Shown here piece after piece: positions 55,936-64,000 of a stretch of DNA of 64,000 nt; position 1 is the stretch's first letter; each line of letters opens with the position of its first letter. Location: NCBI RefSeq assembly GCF_009914755.1, contig NC_060929.1; one strand, given 5' to 3'. Origin of the DNA: the human T2T-CHM13v2.0 reference genome, Homo sapiens. The translations under genes were made by a program, and so were the position numbers. Below the pieces are notes generated by a model, which had not been told where the DNA came from, ran no database searches, and was given only the letters and a program-made list of their open reading frames with translations.

Positions 55936-57350
55936 TGTAGGCCAAGCTTTTGATGAGAGGACAACCTTTACAAAAAATGTTGTTGGAGAAACTGAATATC
56001 CACATGCGAAAGAATTAAGTTGGACCCTTATGTTACACCATATGCTAAAATCAACTCACAATGGATCAAAGATCTAAATGTAAGAGTTAAAACTATTAAA
56101 CTCTAAGAAGAAAATACAGGGAAAAGCTTGAAGATCTTGAATTTGACAGTGATTTCTTGAAACACAGGCAACAAAAGTAAAAATAGACAAATGGACTACT
56201 TAAAAATTATAAATTTCTGTGCATCTCGGGAATACAAAAGAGGGAGTGAGAGTGGGGAGTAAGGGTGAAAAAAACTACTTATTGGGTACTATGCTCACTA
56301 CCTGGGTGACAGATTCATTTGTACCCCAAGTCTCAGCATCATGCAATATACAAACCTGCACATGTACTCCCAAATCTAAAATAAAAATTGAAAAACAAAA
56401 CGAAACAAAAACTTTTGTGCATCAAAGGATATAATCAGCAGAGTGAAAAGGCAACCTATTAAATAGGAGAAAATATTTGCAAATCATATGTCTGATAAGA
56501 GGTTAATGTCCAGAATAAATTAAAAAAAAATATTATAATTAAACAACGAAACACCAAACAACTTGATTTTAAAAATGAGGAAAGGACTTGAGTAGACATT
56601 TCTCCAAAAAAGATATACAAACAGCTAACAAACATATGAAATGATGTTTGACATCACTAATCATTAGGATAATGCAAATCAAAACCACAAGAAAATACCA
56701 CCTCACACCCATTAGAATGGGTATAAAAAACAAAGTTTTGGGTCACAAAAATCAATATATACAAATCAGTAGCTCTGCTATATACCAACAATAATCCCTT
56801 TTACAACAGCTGAAAAAAAATTAAATACCTAGAAATATACTTAACCAAGGAAGTGAAGGATCTCTACAAGGAAAACTACAAAGCACTGCTAAAAGAAATC
56901 ATAGATGACACAAACAAATGGAAACACATCTCAAATTCAAGGAAGGGAAGAATCAATGTTGTGAAAATGCCCATACTGCCCAAAGCAATATACATATTCA
57001 ATGCAATTCTCATTAAAATACCATCATCATTTTTCATAGGATATAGGAAAAAAAATACTAAAATTCATATGGAATAAAAAAAGAGCCCACATAGCGAAAG
57101 CAATAGTAAGAAAAAAGAACAAATCTGGAGTCACTACATTACCTGATTTATATAAAACTATAGTTACTGAAACAGCATGGCACTGGTATAAAAATAGGCA
57201 CTTAGACTGATGGAACAGAATAGAGAACCCAAAAATATAGCCAAGTAGTTTTAGCCAACAATATGAATGTATTTAACAATACTGGACTGTACACTTAAAA
57301 ATGGCTGATTATAAATTTTATGTTTTATTTATTTTGCCACAATTAAACAT
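55936..57350 (+). mobile_element. Mosaic of L1 fragments (L1M ORF2 with a short L1PA 3' end inserted at ~56226-56405)
   Basis: ORF2-like translation 56853-57077; TSD-like TGTGCATC around the short insert. Confidence 0.7.
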
Positions 57351-57515
57351 TAACAAAAACTAAAAACTAAGAAAAGTATGATGTTTATGAAGAATTGGTG
57401 ATAATGTGGAACTATGTAAGGTGAAGTTAGAAAAAGCAGGATGAAAAATCACATGCAGAGTAGAATCTCAACTCTGTTATAAAAATGGAGGACTAGAAAT
57501 AAAGACTTAAAGGAA

Positions 57516-57905
57516 TGTATTAGCGCATTTTCACAGAGCTATAAAGAAATACCCGAGACTAGGTAATTTATAAAGGAAAGAGGTTTAATTGACTCACAGT
57601 TCCACATGGCTCAGGAAGCCTCAGGAAACTTACAACTGTGGCCAAAGGCAAAGGGAAAGCAGGCACCTCTTCACAATGCAGCAGAGGAGAGTAAGCATGT
57701 GAAGGAGGAACAGCCAAACACTTATAAAACTATCAGATCTCATGAGAACTCACTCACTATCATGAGAACAGCATGGAGGAAACCACTCCCATGATCTAAT
57801 CACCCCACGCCTTTGACACGTGGAGATTACAGGTCTCTCCCTCAACATTTGGGGATTACAATTCGAGATGAGATTTGGGTGGGGACCCAAAGTCAAACCA
57901 CATCA
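57516..57905 (-). mobile_element. THE1D-like solo LTR
   Basis: tgtattag...aaaccacatca with perfect 5-bp TSD AGGAA (57511-57515, 57906-57910). Confidence 0.9.
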
Positions 57906-58019
57906 AGGAAATAGACCAAAATGCTGGCAATGGGGGCACTATGGGTGGTTTTTATTATTTTTTAAAAAATTTTTGTGATTTCCCAATCTTTACAGAGGAC
58001 TTCTATTTCTGTTTCTTTT

Positions 58020-58735
58020 TGTTTCTTCCATCTTTTATTTTAGGTTCAGAGGGTACATGTGTGGGTTTGTTTTATGGGTAAATTGCATGTCATGAGGATT
58101 TGGTGTACAGATTATCTAATCAATAAGCATAGAACCAGATAGATAGTTTTTAAATTCTCACCCTCCTCCCAACCTCCACCCACAACTAGGCCCCAGTGTC
58201 TATTGTTTCCTTATTTGTGTCCATGTCTACTCAGTATTTAGCTCTCACTTATAAAATTAGTGGTATTTGGTTTTCCTGCATTAATCTGCTTAGGTTTATG
58301 GCTTCCAGCTCCATTCATGTTACTGCAAAAGACAGATTTTATTCGTTTGTATGTCTGTGTAGTATTCTATAGTGTAATGTATCACATTTTCTTTATCCAG
58401 TCGACCATGGATGGGCATCTAGGTTGATTTCACGTCTTTGCTGCTGTGAATAGTGCTGCAGTGAACATACGCATGCATATGTCTTCACAGTAGAGCTATT
58501 TATATTATCCCCTGGGTATATACCAAGGAATGGGATTGCTGGGTTGAATTGTAGCTCTCCTTTAAGTTCCTTGAGAGATACCCAAACTGCTTTCCACAGT
58601 GGCTGAACTAGTTTACATTGCCAGCTGCAGTGTATAAGTGTTTCCTTTTCTCCACAACCTTAGCAGCATCTTTGAGTTTTTAGTAATAGCCATTCTGATT
58701 GGCGTGAGATGCTATCTTATTGTGGTTTTAACTTC
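58020..58735 (-). mobile_element. Older L1PA 3' fragment
   Basis: Antisense L1 3'UTR (ttttaggttcagagggtacatgtgtggg...). Confidence 0.75.
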
Positions 58736-59173
58736 TATTTCTTTTACTGCAGGGTGAAAATATTATTTTTAAAATATGCCAAAAAGTATTTCCTTTTTCA
58801 GGTTTATTGCTGCTAACCAACTAGAATGTGATTAGGGCTTTCATAAGATTTTAATTGAAAGATTAAAATTTGCCTGGAGGCCAAGATCTAGAAAGAAGAA
58901 TTTCCTTTTGCAGAGAAATTTTAGTCCTCATATACTAATACATATAATTCCTCTGAGTAGCTCTTCAGTCTCTGTCAGTCATCAAATGACCAATTTCTCA
59001 GCCAGATCCATAACTCTTTGGAAGGAGAAAAAGCCCCAGTTTGAAGCTCCCATTAATGAACTGTGTTCAGTTTTGGGAGTGTGTACTGAAGTCTGCACTA
59101 ACAGATGTTAGTTGATCAGGAGGAGGATAAGGGGGAAAATACTTTTTCAATGAAAACAACTAAAAATTATCTA

Positions 59174-59293
<120 letters not shown>

Positions 59294-59404
59294 TCAGGAA
59301 AGTTACCAGATGCAGCTGCAACCTCATCGGACCATTGGGTGCCCTGGGTCATAAACAAGGCAGAGATCTGTTATGTGGGACTGGTGAAGTCTATTCACTT
59401 TTTA

Positions 59405-59593
<189 letters not shown>

Positions 59594-60212
59594 CTAAAGC
59601 AAAAGCATTTACAATGCAAGTCAAGGTCTAAGACACCACACTCAGGTCTATTAACATGTGACCTAGCTTTGAAATATGTTCCCAGACAGGAGTGAGAATC
59701 TTTGCTTCCTTTGCCATCTCTACTCCAGACTAGGGTCTAAGTTGCAGGGAAAGTGAGAAACAAATGCCATTTTTCCTCCCTACCACCCACAATAGAATGA
59801 AGGTCCTCTAGAGCAGTGGCTTTCAAAACTTTTTGACCATAAACAACAGTAGGAAACAGTTTACAATTCCACCTAGTACCTGTATGCCCCAAATATGTTT
59901 AATATATAACAGAAATAATAGTTATAGTTTTTACAAGTAAAGTACTCTGTTGTTTCACTAAAGAATTTTTCTGGTTGTGACCTATTAAATTGATTTCATA
60001 GTCAACTGGTGGGTCACAACCCAAAGTTTGAACACCATTGTTTTAGTTTATAGCTCAACTTCTAAAGACCCTGGAACCAGAATATAGTTCCTTGTTCTGC
60101 CCTGGATTAGGATCATGGATTCTGACTTCAGAATTGGATTGTTACATGTTGGAAACCTTTCAATTGGAATCAAATCAAAAGGACATCTTTGCTTGGCACA
60201 CTTCAGGGGGGC

Positions 60213-60214
<2 letters not shown>

Positions 60215-60265
<51 letters not shown>
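60215..60265 (-). repeat. (GATA)12 tetranucleotide STR, probably marker D5S1457
   Basis: 12 perfect TATC units on +. Flanks contain TGCTTGGCACACTTCAGG and the reverse complement of TAGGTTCTGGGCATGTCTGT, which I recall as the D5S1457 primers. Confidence 0.85.
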
Positions 60266-60274
60266 TTCTCCTAC

Positions 60275-60301
60275 CTTGTTCATCACAGACATGCCCAGAA
60301 C
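60275..60301 (-). CDS. MROH2B: MROH2B 27-nt microexon (22): VLGMSVMNK
   Basis: gatttttttTAG| ... AAG|GTAGGA; symmetric phase 0/0, open frame. Confidence 0.8.
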
Positions 60302-61129
60302 CTAAAAAAAATCAAAGGCAAAATTATATACTCAATGAGTGGCATTGAGAGATATACCCAACCCAACAAAAGGACTCACCCATCAACCTGAAGGACAATA
60401 GTAAAGCAGGAGGTAGAGCCTTGCCAAGGGGGGTCTTGCCAAGGGGAGGGGGGCAATTCACTTCTTCCATTTTTAAAGTGAGACCTTGTACATTTGCAGA
60501 GTCTTTCCCCCAGGTGAGTCATGAGTAAGCTGCAGAAGGCAGGGTAGAGACTTCGAGTCTTGTGTTTTCAGCCTTCACAATCATTTTAAAGAGGCTCAAC
60601 AGACTTTGGTAAGGAAAAAGGGTAAAGGCTCTTAGGGAAATGAGAAGCGAAAAACTATAAAATGAAAAGTCAAAGGGCAGCTAACTCTGGAACTGTGAGT
60701 ACAGTGAGTTCTGCTATAACATTTGTGTTGAAAATGCAGATTTGTTCCAATGAGATTGACATGCTGTATCAGAGAATACTTTTAGTACATGCTGAATTCA
60801 CATTTGCTTGTGTGCAGTTTCCTCTGTGAGAGGAAAGGTGCACAGTTGAACTGAGCCACGTAGGAATACTCAAAGCACGCACGTGCACACACCCCATGAA
60901 TCTACCAGCTACCTCAGTCTACTGTGTGTTATGAGCCTTTCCCATCCAAATCTGGTATTATAACAGTCCATTAGATTTCAGATAACCCTTACCATTTCAT
61001 AGGAAGTTCCAACTTTCACAACTGACTTCAGGTGTTTCAAGGTAAAATGCCATTTTTTTGGGTAGCATTTGTGTATTTTTAATTTTTTAAAAAAAGATTC
61101 CTATTCACTGGCAAAATGAGTTAATACAG

Positions 61130-63232
61130 AGGAAACCCTAAAAACTCCACCAAAAGCCTGCTGGAACTGATTAATGATTTCAGTAAGGTTTCAGGGTACA
61201 AAGTCAATGTACAAAAATCACTAGCATTTTCATACACCAGTAATGTCCAGGCTGAGAGTCAAATCAAGAACATAATCTCATTTACAATAGCCACAAAGAA
61301 AATGAAATACCTAGGGATACAGTTAACTAAGGTCATGAAAGATCTTTATGAGAACTACAAAACACTGCTGAAAGAAATCAGAGATGACACAAATAAATGG
61401 AAAAACATTCCATGCTCACAGATAGGAAGAATCAATATTGTTAGAATGATCATACTGCCCAAAGCAGTTTACAGATTCAATGGTATTCCTATCAAATTAC
61501 CAATGTCATTCTTCACAGAATTAGAAAAAAACTATTATAAAATTCATATGGAACAATGAAAAAAAGCCTGCATAGCCAAAGCAATACTAAGATGGAAGTA
61601 TCATACTACCTGACTTCAAACTATACTATAAGGCTATAGTAATCAAAACAGCATGGTGCTGGCACAAAAACAGACACATAAACAAATAGAACAGAACAGA
61701 AACTCAGAAATAAAGCCATACAGCATATGATCTTTGACAAGGCTGACAACAACAACAAAAAAGCAATAGGAAAAGGACTCCCTACTCAATAAATAATATT
61801 GCTGGGATAACTGGCTAGTCATATGCAGATAAATGAAACTAGACCTTTACCTTTCACTATGTATCAAAATTAACCCAAGGTAGATTAAAGATTTAATTGA
61901 CAAGTGGGATCTAATTAAACCAAAGAGCTTCTGCACAGCAAAAGAAAATACCAACAGAGTAAACAGACAACCTACAGAATGGAAAAAATATCCTCAAACT
62001 ATGCATCTGACAAAGGTCTAATATCCAGAATCTATAAGGAACTTCAACAAATCAACAAGCAAAGAAAAAACAACCCCAATAAAAAGTGAACAAAGGACAT
62101 GAACAGACACTTCTCAAAAGAGGACATATAAGTGGCCAACAAACATGAAAAAATGCTCATCATCACTAACCATCAAAGAAATGCAAATCAAACCCACAAT
62201 GAAATATTGTCTTATATGGGTCAGAATGGCTGTTACAAAGAAAGCAAAAAAACAAAACAAAACAAAAAAACAAAAACAGACGCTGGTGAGGCTGGGGAGA
62301 AAAGGGAATGTTTATACACTGTTGGGGGGAATGTAAATTAGTTCAGGCACTGTGGAAAGCAGATGGAGATTTCTCAAAGAACTTAAAACAGAGCTACCAT
62401 TCCATCCAGTGATTCCATTACTGGGAATATACTAAAAAAATGGATCGTTTTACCAAAAAGACACATGCACTCATATGTTCATTGCTTCATTATTCACAAT
62501 AGCAAAGACATGGAATCAACAATGGAGGACTGGATAAACAATGTGGGAGATACATATATTATATATACACACACACACACACACACACCCCACATTTATA
62601 CATAGATATGGTTTGGCTGTGTCCCACCCAAATCTCAACTTGAATTCCCATATGTTGTGGAAGGGACTTGGTGGGAAGTAATTGAATCCCAGGGGCAGGT
62701 CTTTCCTGTGCTGTTCTCATGATAGTGAATAAGTCTCATGAGATCTGATGATTATATAAGGGGGAGTTTCCCTGCACAAGCTCTCTTCTCTTGTCTGCTG
62801 CCACATGAGACATGCCTTTCACCTTCTGCTGTGATTGTGAGGCATCCCCAGCCATGTGGAACTTTAAGTCCATTAAACATTGTTTTCTTCCCAGTCTCAG
62901 GTATGTCTTCATCAGCAGAGTGAAAATGGACGAATACAGTAAATATACCATGGATTACTATGCAGCCATAAAAAATAATAAAACCATGACTTTTGTAGCA
63001 ACAAGGATGGAGCTGGAGGACATAATACTAAGAATTAATGCAGGGGCAGAAAACCAAATAAGTGTGAGTTAATATTGAGCACATAATCATGGGAACAAGA
63101 CACTGTGGACTATTAGAGGGGGACAAGGGTAAAAAAACCTAACTGTTGAGTACCTTGCTCACTACCTGGGTGCAATACACCCATGCAACAAACCTGCACG
63201 TGTACCTCCTGTATCCAAAAGTTGAAAAAAAA
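61130..63232 (+). mobile_element. Truncated older L1PA/L1PB ORF2-3'UTR
   Basis: ORF2 translation 61302-61559 (MKYLGIQLT...); 3' end near 63230. Confidence 0.85.
62604..62938 (+). mobile_element. THE1B-like solo LTR nested in the L1
   Basis: gatatggtttggctgtgtcccacccaaatctc...gacgaataca. Confidence 0.85.
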
Positions 63233-63479
63233 TTCAATGGGAAATAATTTTGTTCAGATCTATGAAAAGAAATAATCTGTCCAGGAGGGGCTTCTAAACT
63301 AAAAAGAGTGTATCACTGATGGAGTTTTTTGAGTGTTATGACTCAACCTCATTTCCTCCTTATGTTTTTACCTATATTATCTTGTGTATATGTTTTGTTA
63401 TAGCAGAACTAACTGTACCCTGAAAGTGTATAGTAATCTTTATCTTAATCATTCTTATTTTCTTTCCTCTTTTATTTAT

Positions 63480-63740
63480 CTACTTTTAGAGACAAGGTCT
63501 TGCTCTGTCAACCAGGCTAGAGTGCACTGGGACTAATGGTATGTACCACCCCACCTGGGCAATTGTTTTATTTATTTATTTTTATAGATGAGGTCTTGAT
63601 ACTTTGCCCAGGCTGGTTTCAAACCCCTGGCCTCAAGTGGTCCTCCAACTTTGGCCTCATGAAGTGCTGAGATTACACGCTTAAAAAAAATAGTTTCTTG
63701 TAGAGATGAAGTCTCACTATGTTCAGGCTGGTCTCTAATG
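63480..63740 (-). mobile_element. Degenerate Alu/FLAM fragments
   Basis: Partial Alu arms. Confidence 0.7.
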
Positions 63741-64000
63741 ATTGACCATAAATTAATGTAACATAAAACAAATTTTATTATGTTTTCTATTCTCATCACT
63801 GCTTCTCAGATTTTGGGGGCATCAGAATCAACTCTTGAGGAGCATGTTGAAAATGCAAATTCAGTGATTCAACTCTGAAGGCTGTGATTCATTAGGCATC
63901 TCTATTTTTGACAGGCTCTCCAGGCAATTCTTATGTAACTAAGGTGTGAGGATGAGTACCCTATACCCTTCCACTAACATGTACTGATGACTACAATTTC

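Overview
Human (or very close great-ape) genomic DNA. I recognise the locus from the translated exons as the C7/MROH2B region (5p13.1). The + strand carries the last three coding exons of complement C7 (3150-3240, 6149-6333, 7816-7997; Cys-rich FIMAC modules) plus its Alu-containing 3'UTR. Converging on it from the - strand are 21 consecutive coding exons of MROH2B (HEATR7B2/SPIF). I spliced these by hand: 2544 nt, one open frame of 847 aa plus stop, all phases consistent. They include one GC-AG intron and a 27-nt microexon next to a (GATA)12 STR. The rest is mostly interspersed repeats: about 14 Alus, a full-length THE1 (MaLR) element between the two genes, solo THE1/MLT LTRs, DNA-transposon fossils, and a full-length ~6.1-kb L1PA nested in a 13.7-kb MROH2B intron. 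Most notable observation: that L1 keeps an intact antisense ORF0 whose SD2 splice donor is in the same phase, and ends in the same AG, as the natural upstream MROH2B exon. An L1-antisense-promoter-driven, in-frame ORF0-MROH2B fusion of about 835 aa is therefore possible on paper. Exon numbers and repeat subfamily names come from memory of the gene models and consensus sequences and were not checked by database search.
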